This document shows, piece by piece, positions 1 through 14,253 of a stretch of DNA of 64,000 bases. Origin of the DNA: Mytilus californianus (taxonomy: Eukaryota); NCBI RefSeq assembly GCF_021869535.1, contig NW_026262626.1:35402001-35466000 (forward strand), read 5' to 3'. Within the stretch, counting starts at the first letter, position 1, and every line of letters begins with the position of its first letter. Below the pieces are notes generated by a model, which ran no database searches, was not told the DNA's origin, and was given only the letters and a program-made list of their open reading frames with translations. A program made the translations under genes and the position numbers.

Positions 1-105
1 TTAGCTTTTCGAAATGTTTGAAAGAGAGTTTTCCTCAAGAACTAGGGAATCTTGTTTTCTCGGGGCTATTGTAGAATTTTCTTTGAAAAAATCATAACAC
101 ACATA

Positions 106-375
106 CTTTTTATGCCCTACCTACGATAGTAGAGGGGCATTATGTTTTTCGATCTATGCGTCCGTTCGTTCGTCCGTCTGTCCCGCTTCAGGTTAAAGTT
201 TTTGGTCAAGGTAGTTTTTGATAAAGTTAAAGTCAAATCAACTTGAAACTTAGTACACATGTTCCCTATGATATGATCTTTCTAATTAGAGTTTTTACCC
301 CAGATTTACGGTCCACTGAACATAGAAAGTGATAGTGCGAGTGGGGCATCCGTGTACTATGGACACGTTCTTGTT
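106..375 (-). mobile_element. HINE-like element family B (atgccc...ggggcat hairpin, cgtc microsatellite)
   Basis: tttttatgccctacctacgatagtagaggggcattatg...cgtccgttcgttcgtccgtc...ggggcatccgtgtactatggacacgttcttgtt. Confidence 0.65.
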
Positions 376-507
376 ATGTATTTATTTCAATATTTTTATT
401 TGTAAGAGGTATACTCGAATGAAAATATTCGAAAAATCATACCAGAACCTTGTTATACTAGTATAATACAATAGTGCACATGTATGCTGAAAGTTTTGAT
501 TATCAAG

Positions 508-705
508 GAACCGCCTTGGTGGCAATGTGCTTACCTCGAGTGAAGGTCGTTGGTTTTATCCCTGCCAGGTCCAACCAGTGTTTGCTGCTCTGCTAAGCAC
601 GCCTTTTAAAGGAGTCGGGAGTAGAGAATGGTAAGCTCGGATTGAAAATAATGTGTCCCGGTAGAGTTGCATTTCTTTCTGCAGACAACCTGTGAACTTT
701 ATAAA
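508..705 (+). mobile_element. Degenerate tRNA-derived SINE (bivalve MESC/Meta-like)
   Basis: Resembles, from memory, the common bivalve SINE: cctcgagtg..gtcg..ggtt, tttgctgct..gctaagcacgc, gctcggat...ataatgtgtcc. Confidence 0.5.
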
Positions 706-749
706 AATCTTGCTACAGGTTTCAACTGAACTTAAGAGTTACATTACCA

Positions 750-2140
750 ATGATCCGTAAAAATGAATACAAGGTCAGACGGACATGACTATTTTTTTGT
801 ACACCTTGCATTCATTCATTACACCGAATATAATGGTCCAATTGTTGATAGGATCTGAGAAACGTATCTAATAATCAAAATTGACCAACGAATTGAGATG
901 AAGGTCAGATGAAGTCTGCCAGACGCACATATTTGCTTTGCCATGCTTCTTTATACAAAATATAGAAATTATGCATGATTGAAATTCCTAAAAGAAAACC
1001 CACCTCAATTAGTCGCTGAACCGGCCATGAAATGGGGTCACGGTCTTATGCCAGACTAACTTGTATACATGATATGAAATATGCAGGTCTTGTACCTTCT
1101 TAAAAAGTTTTATACTAAAAATAACAACCCTCTGTCTCATCCTGCCAAATTTATCGCAGGCGAGACAAAAAGGAAATGTGGTGTGATTGCCAATCAATCA
1201 TCAATCGGAGACCAAAGAACAATGACGTGTACAATTACAGGTCACCGTACGGTCTTCATCAATAAGCAAAACTCATACCTTAAAGTAATTCTAAAAACAC
1301 TAGGATCACAAAATTTGAAACTATTCGAATGCTCGAAAGATACTAAAACAATTATGGCAGACAACAACCAATGATAACCAATGGATGCCATGCCTCATGG
1401 AGGATGTGGCGGGGATTTTAGCCTGTTTGTGATCGATCAACCCTCTTTTCGGACCTCGGACAGTTGTGTATCAGCACAAAAAAGGAACACAAAAATCAGT
1501 TTAAAATGGTTTGACTCATGTGGGTATTTAAAGTAAGCAACAACAAAAAATCTACACAGTAACAATGCGGTCCATGTTTGGTTTGTAAATTGTACATACA
1601 TGCACAGGGAATTGTTATTCGAATTAACTTTTAAATACTAGTAATTGAGATATTGCTTGCCAAATGATGTAACTTTCGGATGCTTTTTGTCTCGCCTAGA
1701 TTCCCGTCAGATAGGGTTAATTGACCCTGGCCTCTTTTCATGGATCATTGATCAAGGTTAAAGTTGCATGATAAGGTTCGTTTCTCAGAGGAAATATATT
1801 AACTATATGTGATGTATGGAATTATTGTAAGGCCCACATTCCTGGCATGTGGCATATAACCTTGACCTCATTTTCAAGGTTCATGGCTGAATGTTAAGTT
1901 TTCATGGTTTGGTCTGTTTCTTGGTTGCTATAAGCAATAGGTCAACTATATTTGGTGTATGATTGTGCGGTGTACAGGTCTGTCGGGCAGGGTTTATCTG
2001 ACCTTGACCTCGTAGTCAAGGATCATTGATAAATGTTAAGTTTATGGAATATTTGTAGTGAAACTCTATTTTTAAGAATTTCAACAGAAAACCACTCATG
2101 GTCAGTAAAGCAGACATTTGATCGTGTGTACTCTTTGTTA
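750..2140. mobile_element. Cluster of HINE-like family C fragments (gaccttgacctcattttcatggttc subunits, gtctcgcc termini)
   Basis: 750-1170 (+) ends gcaggcgagacaaaaa; 1684-2140 (-) begins tttttgtctcgcctag; related pieces at 10250-10480, 12030-12150, 13260-13782 and 44720-45490. Confidence 0.6.
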
Positions 2141-4139
2141 TTTCCTTTTCTTTCTAGAGAAAGCGTACATTTGGGGTTTTCTTTGACACTGAACCTTTCA
2201 ATTGGAACCAAAAAGTGAAATGACCGAAATCGTCCCGGACGACTCCTTATAGGAATTAATGTTCTAAAATGACGAGTTTTACCAATTGTTTTTCATTTGT
2301 TTCATTTTATCTTGAAAACTATAAAAGATTTAAAGAAACTTTAAAAAGCAAAAATGATCAACAATACAACATAAAAAAATGAAATATATTATTGTCTATA
2401 ATGTTGGAGAGGGACATTGCTGAAGATGCACTTACAGACCCAGGTGAGTGACACAGGCTCTTTAGAGCATATATATATAGTAGATCTATACTGTTATGAT
2501 ATAAAATTGGCCTTTCACCAATCACACACTGCAATTAGTAAGACTTTAAAACTCTTTCAATTAAATGTCAAGATGAAGATTGAATATAGAATGAATTTAG
2601 AAATGCAATTGCTGGCATAGTAAGAACTGAAAAAAAAAATGACAAGACAGGATATAAATGATTATTTTTCTGTCGCACAAATGTGTACCACTTAGAAAAA
2701 TATATTATTGCGAATAAATAAACCTGTTACTAGACTTAAAATTATTATCTGAATTCGAAAAAAAATCTTCAGCCCCCTCCTGTTTCGAAAATCAAGTGGT
2801 CGTCTCCAAATATGAATACTTCTTGGTATCTTCTAGTGTTCTTATGAGAGATGATGTAGTCCAAGTAGCAAAAGAACAACAGGAATTCAATTTGATATTT
2901 TGATTGCCAGGTTAACTATAAAATAAAAGAACAAAATATAGACTTATCTTCAGTTTTAGGCCAGCCAACATGTACATGAATTACAACATTTTCTTATATA
3001 TTTTTTCTGGTCGTAAATATTTCATTTTGACCACATGTATCTTTGAATGTGAATAGCATGCTTATCAAAATCTAAGCTTTAAGCATACTTGAAGATATAT
3101 ATGTGATGAGTCAATGAAACAGCAAGAAAATTAATAACAGAAACTAGGAAAGTCAACACTGTGTCATAGCTTTGATTACGAAGACTCTGCTGAGGCTTCC
3201 CTGTATCAAAATTCATATCGCTTGTACTTTTAGATTCACCAAGAACATGTTAGTAAGAACATGTTACTAACATGTTCAGGATTCATGTCCCTAGCATTTA
3301 GACAAACATCGATCGTTTGGCAAAGGTGTCATTCAACAGTAGTATCGGTGCTTAAATGTGTATCAAGAAATTTGTTGTAAAATTTAGCCATTTGTTCACA
3401 TCAAAATCCTGGATCCCCATCTGCATTTTATTATTATCCGCGATTGAAAAAAAAAATGGGGAGCTGCTTTTATACGTTTGTGTATATTTTTTATGGTAAC
3501 ATTTTGATGAAAGTTGTGATAATATGCTTGGTTTTGGTTTTGGTTCTATATTTCTCGAATTCTGTAGACAGTCGATATGTATGACTGCTGTTTAGGAAAG
3601 AGTAGCAAACACTTACACCATGGATTTCGTCTATACAATATGTAAAGCACGCCCGAGTGTAGACAAGTATTAAATGTTAACAGAGCCGCTATCATAGACC
3701 TGCCATCTTTTTTTCCTTCAAATTATACCAATTATGTGGCGATTTGTTGGGTCTTCAAGTCAAACATACACCGTGATTCGTGACAGCAAAGGGACATATA
3801 AATGCCGTTAGAGGTGCACAGCTAGTCCCCATCGGAATACCAGCCATTTGACCGAATAATTTCATTGTCTCCAAGAAAAAAAAACCACTTAGTTGTTTAG
3901 AAAAAAAAAGTCATTAAATTTTAAAAATATATTGTTTAATTGGGTTTTCATGCTAGATATAAAAAGATGCATTAACAAATGAATTTTGTGTGCTCAAAGG
4001 GAGATAATTCAGACGAAATTGACTGGCATAGTAAACGCCGTCTAACTAACACCACGATGACACAGTATGCTTTGATAACCTTTACTATTAAGTTGAAAGG
4101 TTTATATGCATATTATATGTGGACACTTCTTCAAATGAT

Positions 4140-7100
4140 CAACGAACAGTAAAATCAGACACTACTGCAAACGAACAGAAGAACAGCCAAGACAATCCTG
4201 CCATCGAACAGAAGGAATCAGCCAAGACATTCCTGAAGCAGAAGAAATCAACGAACAGAGAAATCAGCCAAGACACTCCTGCCAACGAACAGTAAAATCA
4301 GCCAAGACACTCCTGACAACGAACAGAAGAATCAGCCAAGACAATCCTGCCAACGAACAGAAGAATCAGCCAAGACAATCTTGCCCACAAACAGAAAAAA
4401 TCAGCCATGACAATCCTGCCAACGAACAGAAGGAATCAGCCAAGACAGTCCTGACAACGAACAGAAGGAATAAGCCAAGACAATCCTGCCAACGAACAGA
4501 AGGATTCAGCCAAGACATTCCTGTCAACGAACAGAAAAATCAGCCAAGGCAATCCTGCCAACGAACAGAAGGAATCAGCCAAGACACTCCTGACAACGAA
4601 CAGAAAAATCAGCCAAGGCAATCCTGCCAACGAACAGAAGGATTCAGCCAAGACATTCCTGACAACGAACAGAAGGAATCAGCCAAGGCAATCCTGCCAA
4701 CGAACAGAAGGATTCAGCCAAGACACTCCTGACAACGAACAGAAGGAATCAGCAAAGACAATCCTGCCAACGAACATTAAATCAGCCAAGACACTCCTGC
4801 CAACGAACAGTAAAATCAGCTAAGACACTCCTGACAACGAACAGAAGAATCAGCCAAGACAATCCTGCCCACAAACAGAAGGAATCAGCAAAGACAATCC
4901 TGCCAACGAACAGTAAAATCAGCCAAGACACTCCTACCAACGACCAGAAGAATCAGCCCAGACAATCCTGCCCACAAACAGAAGAAATCAGCCATGACAA
5001 TCCTGCCAACGAACAGAAGGAATCAGCTAAGACAGTCCTGACAACAAACAGAAGAATCAGCCAAGACAATCTTGCCCACAAACAGAAGGAATCAGCCAAG
5101 ACACTCCTGCCAACGAACAGTAAAATCAGCCAAGACACTCCTACCAACGACCAGAAGAATCAGCCCAGACAATCCTGCCCACAAACAGAAGAAATCAGCC
5201 ATGACAATCCTGCCAACGAACAGAAGGAATCAGATAAGACAGTCCTGACAACAAACAGAAGAATCAGCCAAGACAATCTTGCCCACAAACAGAAGGAATC
5301 AGCCAAGACACTCCTGCCAACGAACAGTAAAATCAGCCAAGACACTCCTGACAGCGAACAGAAGAATCAGCCAAGACAATCCTGCCCACAAACATATGGA
5401 ATCAGCCAAGACAATCCTGCCAACGAACAGTAAAATCAGCCAAGTAACTCCTGACAACGAACAGAAGGAATCAGCAAAGACAATCCTGCAAACGAACATT
5501 AAATCAGCCAAGACAATCCTGCCAACGAACAGTAAAATCAGCCAAGACACTCCTGACAACGAACAGAAAAATCAGCCAAGACAATCCTGCTAACGAACAG
5601 AAGGAATCAGCAAAGACAATCCTACCAACGAACATTAAATCAGCCAAGACAATCCTGCCAACGAACAGTAAAATCAGCCAAGACACTCCTGACAACGAAC
5701 AGAAGAATCAGCCAAGACAATCCTGCCCACAAACAGAAGGAATCAGCCAAGACAATCCTGCCAACGAACAGTAAAATCAGCCAAGACACTCCTACCAACG
5801 ACCAGAAGAATCAGCCCAGACAATCTTGCCCACAAACAGAAGAAATCAGCCAAAACATTCCTGTCAACGAACAGAAAAAACAGCCAAGGCAATCCTGCCA
5901 ACGAACAGAAGGAATCAGCCAAGACAATCCTGCCAACGAACATTAAATTAGCCAAGACACTCCTGCCAACGAACAGTAAAATCAGCAAAGACACTCCTGA
6001 CAACGAACAGAAGAATCAGCCAAGACAATCTTGCCCACAAACAGAAGGAATCAGCCAAGACAATCCTGCCAACGAACAGTAAAATCAGCCAAGACACTCC
6101 TGCCAACGAACAGAAGAATCAGCCCAGACAATCTTGCCCACAAACAGAAGGAATCAGCCAAGACAATCCTGCCAACGAACAGAAGAATCAGCCAAGACAA
6201 TCTTGCCCACAAACAGAAGAAATCAGCCATGACAATCCTGCCAACGAACAGAAGGAATCAGCCAAGACAGTCCTGACAACGAACAGAAGGAATCAGCCAA
6301 GACAATCCTGCCAACGAACAGAAGGATTCAGCCAAGACATTCCTGTCAACGAACAGAAAAATCAGCCAAGGCAATCCTGCCAACGAACAGAAGGAATCAG
6401 CCAAGACACTCCTGACAACGAACAGAAAAATCAGCCAAGGCAATCCTGCCAACGAACAGAAGGATTCAGCCAAGACATTCCTGACAACGAACAGAAAAAT
6501 CAGCCAAGGCAATCCTGCCAACGAACAGAAGGATTCAGCCAAGACACTCCTGACAATGAACAGAAGGAATCAGCAAAGACAATCCTGCCAACGAACATTA
6601 AATCAGCCAATACACTCCTGCCAACGAACAGTAAAATCAGCCAAGACACTCCTGACAACGAACAGAAAAATCAGCCAAGACAATCCTGCTAACGAACAGA
6701 AGGAATCAGCAAAGACAATCCTGCCAACGAACAGTAAAATCAGCCAAGACACTCCTGACAACGAACAGAAGAATCAGCCAAGACAATCCTGCCAACAAAC
6801 AGAAGGAATCAGCCAAGACAATCCTGCCAACGAACAGTAAAATCAGCCAAGACACTCCTGCTAACGAACAGAAGGAATCAGCAAAGACAATCCTACCAAC
6901 GAACATTAAATCAGCCAAGACACTCCTGCCAACGAACAGTAAAATCAGCTAAGACACTCCTGACAACGAACAGAAGAATCAGCCAAGACAATCCTGCCCA
7001 CAAACAGAAGGAATCAGCCAAGACAATCCTGCCAACGAACAGTAAAATCAGCCAAGACACTCCTACCAACGACCAGAAGAATCAGCCCAGACAATCTTGC

Positions 7101-8535
7101 CCACAAACAGAAGAAATCAGCCATGACAATCCTGCCAACGAACAGAAGGAATCAGCCAAGACAGTCCTGACAACAAACAGAAGAATCAGCCAAGACAATC
7201 TTGCCCACAAACAGAAGGAATCAGCCAAGACACTCCTGCCAACGAACAGTAAAATCAGCCAAGACACTCCTGACAGCGAACAGAAGAATCAGCCAAGACA
7301 ATCCTGCCCACAAACATATGGGATCAGCCAAGACAATCCTGTCAACGAACAATAAAATCAGCCAAGTCACTCCTGACAACGAACAGAAGGAATCAGCAAA
7401 GACAATCCTGCCAACGAACATTAAATCAGCCAAGACAATCCTGCCAACGAACAGTAAAATCAGCCAAGACACTCCTGACAACGAACAGAAAAATCAGCCA
7501 AGACAATCCTGCTAACGAACAGAAGGAATCAACAAAGACAATCCTACCAACGAACATTAAATCAGCCAAGACACTCCTGCCAACGAACAGTAAAATCAGC
7601 TAAGACACTCCTGACAACGAACAGAAGAATCAGCCAAGACAATCCTGCCCACAAACAGAAGGAATCAGCCAAGACAATCCTGCCAACGAACAGTAAAATC
7701 AGCCAAGACACTCCTACCAACGACCAGAAGAATCAGCCCAGACAATCTTGCCCACAAACAGAAGAAATCAGCCATGACAATCCTGCCAACGAACAGAAGG
7801 AATCAGCCAAGACAGTCCTGACAACGAACAGAAGAATCAGCCAAGACAATCTTGCCCACAAACAGAAGGAATCAGCCAAGACACTCATGCCAACGAACAG
7901 TAAAATCAGCCAAGACACCCCTGACAGCGAACAGAAGAATCAGCCAAGACAGTCCTGACAACGAACAGAAGAATCAGCCAAGACAATCTTGCCCACAAGC
8001 AGAAGGAATCAGCCAAGACACTCCTGCCAACGAACAGTAAAATCAGCCAAGACACTCCTGACAGCGAACAGAAGAATCAGCCAAGACAATCCTGCCCACA
8101 AACATATGGGATCAGCCAAGACAATCCTGCCAACGAACAGTAAAATCAGCCAAGTCACTCCTGACAACGACCAGAAGAATCAGCCAAGACAATCATGCCC
8201 ACAAACAGAAGGAATCAGCCAAGACACTCCTACCAACGACCAGAAGAATCAGCCAAGACAATCTTGCCAACGAACACAAGGAATCAGCCAAGACAATCCT
8301 GCCAATGAACAGAAGGAATCAGCCCAGACAATCCTGCCAACGAACAGTAAAATCAGCCAAGACACTCCTGACAACGAACAGAAAGAATCAGCCAAGACAA
8401 TCCTGCCAACGAACAGAAGAATCAGCTTTAAAATCCTGTCGATGATCAGTAAAAATCAGCCAAGACAATTCTGCCAACGAACAAAAGAAGCAGCCTTAAC
8501 AATCCTGCCAAAGAAACAGAAGAATCAGCCTCGAC
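4140..8535. repeat. ~4.4-kb minisatellite, 33-35-bp unit (cagccaagacaatcctgccaacgaacagaagaat), about 125-130 copies, with higher-order duplications
   Basis: Units are directly visible; ends are degenerate; near-identical ORF translations recur at offsets of ~1.92 kb, ~0.65 kb and ~0.2 kb. Confidence 0.97.
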
Positions 8536-9320
8536 AATACAGTCAAACCTGTATACAAAGGTCAGTCTCGGTATCTGAGAAAACTGGCCTTATAAGAGAG
8601 GTTACCTTTGACCTTTGAATTGATGTTAAAAATACAAAGAAATAACTACAACGGGACAACGAACACAAGAATCAGTCAAGGTAATTCTGTCAATGTAAAA
8701 GTCAGCAACTCTGTACAGTTCTGTACATCAACAGTAAATATCAGCCAAAGCAATCTTGTCAATAAACAGTAGAAATCAGCCTAGAGAAAGGGTCTCAAAA
8801 CTGGTCACCCAATAAAATTTATCCACAAAAAGGTTTGATAATTATGATCTTATTTTCTGGGAGAAGAACAGTCAATGAATACAAAATCCCATTTTCGGAT
8901 TTTTTAAGTGCAAACTGCAATACAGCTTTGGAACGCTAGCACTTGCAAAATAGCATACCTTTTCATTTGTTATCTTTAGTTATATCTTTATGTTTCTTTG
9001 TCATTTAGAGAATATAGTATTGATAGCAGATCTTTGTTAGATATAAATTTATTCATAACTTTTCTAGACTGGGTGGTTTAGAGCCTGATTCATTGTAAAG
9101 AAATTTGACCATGGTTGAAGACAGTATGTTTTGGGGTTGTAAGGTTGCTGTTTAATTGATGTAACCCCAGATCTCCATGTATTCATTCCATTGTAAATGC
9201 TTGAAACTTAATTGAATGGATGCCAATACAATAGCGATACAAATATCTATGGTCTTTTTTGTCGATTGTTTCCTGAATAGTTTTTGACAGTGTTATCTGT
9301 TGTTGATGACTGTATGTTTA

Positions 9321-9487
9321 CAGGGGCGGATTTAGAGGGTTTTTAAGGGGGCCCTGCCCCCCCCCCCCCCCTTTTGAGAAAAAAATTTGGTTGATTATAT
9401 AGGGAATCACTGAAGCATGAATGAAGCGAGCCCCCTCTTAGGCAGTCAGTGGGCCCCCTCTTATGAAAATTTCTGAATCCGCCACTG
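9321..9487. mobile_element. GC-rich MITE
   Basis: TIR CAGGGGCGGATT / AATCCGCCACTG; tgttta on both flanks; internal poly-C. Confidence 0.75.
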
Positions 9488-10531
9488 TGTTTACCTCAAT
9501 CCTTTGGTTGCTGTCTCGTATTGCAAAATGGTCTTTACAATACGCCTTATCAAGAATCTCATCATTTGGGTAAGGTAAAAACTTTAAATTCAATTTTCAA
9601 CCTGAAGCTTGATATCCAATTTTCAGGGAACTCTATAGTTCATGAGAAAATTGTGACGTAAATTTCATACATGGCTATTATTCGTCGGAACAAAGTATTG
9701 ACAAACCTGCTATACAGGTCACCTTTTACATGTAAAACTGTATTGCATGTCAACCTCTTGTCCTTCTGTATCTTTCCTATGAGGACAGTTATCCGGTCCA
9801 AAGGGTGACCTTTATGAACAAAATTATACAGGTTTGACTGTATATAAGTATTCGGAAAAGAGGAAGTAGACGAGTGATGCATGTGAAAACGGATTACACT
9901 GATGCATCATGCATATTCATGTAAAGATCGATACATAGTTTCAGGAAAAAGCGACAAAATTTTCGATGGATTTCTTGTAAAATTCCCAAAGTAATTGAAG
10001 CATGACTAAGTAGACAAGTTCTTAACTGAAATACAGGGAGTCAGAGAAGAGCATTCTACATTCCAATGGTATATCATAAAAACTTCTTAAAACACACCTT
10101 AAGTTATCAGAAAACGTCATATTTAAATTTCACGTAAAAATAACACGAGTGCACACACTGAAATGTGTCTCCCGTTTTGCTCATCAAGATTGATTTTAAG
10201 TCTTTAAGATGAAGGTTTTACTACAAATATCACATAAACTTAACATTAACAATGATCCATGAAACTCAGGTCAAGGTCAGATGAACACGACCAGACCAAC
10301 ATGTACACCTTACACCAAAAATAATTAGGCTATCGCTTATAGAAACAAACCTTACCACGAAACTTTATATTGACCAATGAACCATGAAAATGAGGTCAAA
10401 ATCAGATGAACACTGACAGACAGTAATGTACACCTTACAACCTGAGATCAAGATCAAGCTATGGAAACGATCATGATGATATGTAAATCTAATATGAATA
10501 TTAACCATGCTTTGTACTAAACAGACAGGAT

Positions 10532-11919
10532 CTCCTGTAGTTGGTGATCGCAATACTGGTATACCAGTATTGTCCACAATACTGGTATAAAAATTTTATA
10601 CCAGTATTGTAACTTTTTTAAAAAAAAGAGCAATACTGGTACATTACTGATATACCAGTATTGTAGTTGTATTGTTCACTATACTTTAAGGTGTATAATG
10701 AAAAATGAATTTTAATCAAAATTAGATATTGAAGATCAATGAAGGGAGATTAAATGAATTCAAAAAGATTATAGAGGACAATTGTGAAATCAATTAACAA
10801 CCAGTTAAAAATAATTACTATACTTGTACAAATAAACAAAAGATTATTGTAATTAACTCATCTTATTCAAACAATTGTTAATTATATAAATAATTGCTAA
10901 TAATTTTATCATATTTCTATATTTTATTTAATTCAATTTAGATAAAATAAAATAAAAGCTTTATTATCAGAGTTATTATTTAATAAATTCAAGCAAATTA
11001 TTACACTATGACACTGTAAATTCAGCATTTACATGTATGCCATCGTATATTTTTTAGATATTTTAATACATGTATACTAAGGTTCCAAGCATTTGTTTGT
11101 CTTTATTTTCTTATCAACATGATCAATCTTTCACAATAAACATGATAAAAGATATCAATATCCATTAAACATAAAAAGTTGCTTAATAGGGGAGCCTGAT
11201 TATAATCAAATTAACTAGTTTGTCTACATGAATTTTAAGGGTAGTTAAAGCAGTTGATTCAGAACCATGGGCAATACAATTTGAAGCAGATATATCTACT
11301 GGTACAAATACTCAAATACTAATACTAGACAAGAACGGCTCCTACAGTAAGAGAGCCGTACAGGTGCTATCTAAACAAGCTTGTAATCTAGTAAGCGTAA
11401 GAGAAAGTCCAGTCAGACTGAATACATAAATATCAATATAGGATGTGGGGGTTGCAGAAATGCCATCTGACGAAGAAATAAACAATACCAATGCTGATGA
11501 TACAGAAGCTATAACAGCATTAATGTCAATATAAAATTCACTAAAATATACTATTGAGACTTGGAAAGAGAGAGCTGGAAGAAAACATAGAAGAAAGTAA
11601 AGAGTTTGTTAAAATGCTGAGACAATACGGTTTCCTTGAGAAAAAAACATCAGAAGATTTAAAACTTTCTTTGATTACAATCACAGTGTACCATCAATGG
11701 CATCATCAGTTAAACATACAATTGTCATGTCATATGTTAATATCATTATCCATATATATGTGACACCTTTAATAAAAGGATTAATTACCTATATGTATTG
11801 TTTATTCTTAAAAAACACAATACTGGTACAATACTGGAATACAATACTGGTACAAAATTTTTATACCAGTATTGTGCACAATACTAGTATACCAGTATTG
11901 CGATCACCAACTACAGGAG
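10532..11919. mobile_element. 1.39-kb non-autonomous DNA transposon with ~80-bp terminal inverted repeats
   Basis: CTCCTGTAGTTGGTGATCGCAATACTGGTATACCAGTATTG... at the left and its reverse complement at the right; AT on both flanks; AT-rich interior. Confidence 0.88.
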
Positions 11920-12156
11920 ATCCAACAGACACGCTGAACCAGATGTTTAACATGCTAGTTCACAAGGTAACCGTCCAAAGAAAGACATGTCACCCTACCT
12001 GGACACATTATTCTTGACCCCGAGTTCGAACCCATCGAGGAGGTCAATGAAAATCAAGTCAAGGTCAGATGATCCTGCCAGACATGTACATTGTACAATC
12101 ATTCCATACACCAAATACATTTTACCTATTGCTTATAGTATTTGAGACCAAAACAC

Positions 12157-13250
12157 AATAAAATGCTTCGCTGAGCGCAGCTGGATACGACCGCAGAGGT
12201 CCAACCCAGAACTGTTGGGGCAAAAATGGACACAATATTATCGCTTGATACAGGTCTGAATTTGGATTGTAATTAAATATTTGACACATAATAGTCAAAG
12301 AACTTAGAATTGTTTATATGATTTGAATTTATATTCAATTTTTTGCTTTTGTGCAATACACTATGCTGTTGCGAATTGACCCCCTCCCCCCCTTATTTTT
12401 GCTTTTGTGCAATACACTATGCTGTTGCGTATTGACCCCCCCTCCAAAAAAAACTTTTTTTTTACCCCCCTCCCTTTTTTTGCAAAAAAAAAAAATTATA
12501 TTTGGAGAAATTTTCTTTTTTAATTTCTGAAAACTGAAATGAGAAAAAAATCCCCCCCCCTTTTTTCCAAAAAAAAAAAAATTCTTTCCCTCAAGATATG
12601 GTCATAATCCCAATTAAAATTTCCAATGGAGTTTGCAACCATAATTACCAATTAAATACATCATAAAAGTCTTAAAATAGAAAATGACATACATAATCAT
12701 GGCTAAAATTAATATTCCTTTAATAGTAACTTCTAAAAATAAATTGACAGCTAATCACCTCAAGACAATACATTTCTTTTTACATAATTTAAAAGCAGTG
12801 TAAAGGAGGTAATCCAAACATACACAACATTGTACTTTAAATGTGTTTGGATTACCTCCCTTACACTGCTTTTAAATTGTTCATTAACCAGGAAACCCTT
12901 GTTTTTCCCCCTTTTTTGCCCCTAATTCCTAAACGGTTTGAGCCATAACCCCCCAAAGTCAATCCTAACCATCCCTTTGTGGTATAATTTCAGAGAGATT
13001 CATACACCGTTCCACAAGTTATTGTCTGGAAACTAGAAAAATGCTTATTTGGGCCCTTTTTTGGCCCCTAATTCCTAGACTGTTAAGACCATAACACCCA
13101 AAATCAATCCCAACTTTCCTTTTGTGGTTATAAACCTTGTGTTTAAATTTCATAGATTTCTATTTACTTATACTAAAGTTATTGTCCGGAAACCAAATGT
13201 CTTCGGACAACGACGTGATACCAATATACGACCGCAAAATTGTTTGCGGT
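12157..13250 (+). mobile_element. Helentron/HINE-like non-autonomous element (family A)
   Basis: 5' aaaatgcttcgctgagcgcagctggatacgaccgcagagg; 3' hairpin atacgaccgcaaaattgtttgcggt; internal ~160-bp satellite-like subunits. Confidence 0.75.
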
Positions 13251-14253
13251 TGGTCGACCAGTGAACCATAAAAATAAGGTCAAGGTCAGATAATACCAGC
13301 CAGTCTGACATGTACACCTTACAATCATTCCATACACCAAATATAATAATATAAAATATTACCCACTGCTTTTGGTAACTGAGAAACAGACCTGATCATG
13401 TAATTATAGCCTTGATCACTGATCCAAGAAATAAGGTTGAGGTCAGGTGAACCCTGTCAGACAGACATGTACACCTTGCAAAGATTCCATAAACCAAATG
13501 TTAGTAAAAAATGTATGCTATTACTAATAATACCTGTAAGTGAGAATTTCACATGAGAAATAAAAAAAAACATTTTTTTGAAGCAGTCACTGAACCATGG
13601 AAATGAGGTCAAGGAATGGTCTTAAGCTTATGAGAGATGGAAACTTGTAACATAAGGCATCTATATACAATGTATGAAGCATCCAAGTCTTCTACCTTCT
13701 GAAATATAAAGCTTTATACATATGGTTTCTGCCGCTGCCAGATTGTGATCCCTATGACTCGCATACTCGCAGGCATGACAAATGGATGTAAAATATTTTG
13801 TGGTTACATGTGAACCACAAAAAATGTTCAACGAGTACAAATTTTTTAAAGGCTTGTATGCAGACTTTTGTAAAACCCTAAAATCAAAGATCCCAGAAAT
13901 TACAACTGTTCCTTAATTCATGAAAATTGGTACCCACATAAATAAATGAATCCAGGGTATTCTCCAAAATAAGGTTGCCATGTGTAGAGTTGTGTTTTCC
14001 AAATAACTAGTAAAACTGTTACTCTTGTTTTATAGGTTGAAACATTGTTTTTTGTGGAGACATGTTTCCCCAGTTTATATTTAGACCACTCTTTCACTAA
14101 GGCTAACTTAAACGGGTATTTTGCTTATTAGATGAGTCAAGCCATTTCCAACTGATTTTTACAGTTAGTTCTTTTATTATCTTTTATTGTCTTTGGTTGC
14201 TGTCTGTTATATTTGTTTTTCTTCTACTGTTTTGTCATAAATCAGAACATTGG

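Noticed and set aside
4140-8535. CRISPR-like regular repeats (also considered for 60579-63510)
   Set aside because: There are no unique spacers, the units are contiguous, the context is eukaryotic and no cas genes are present.
4436-8618. Many 60-209-aa ORFs on both strands
   Set aside because: All are translations of the 33-35-bp minisatellite; mixed unit lengths break frames, and there are no splice signals or domain.
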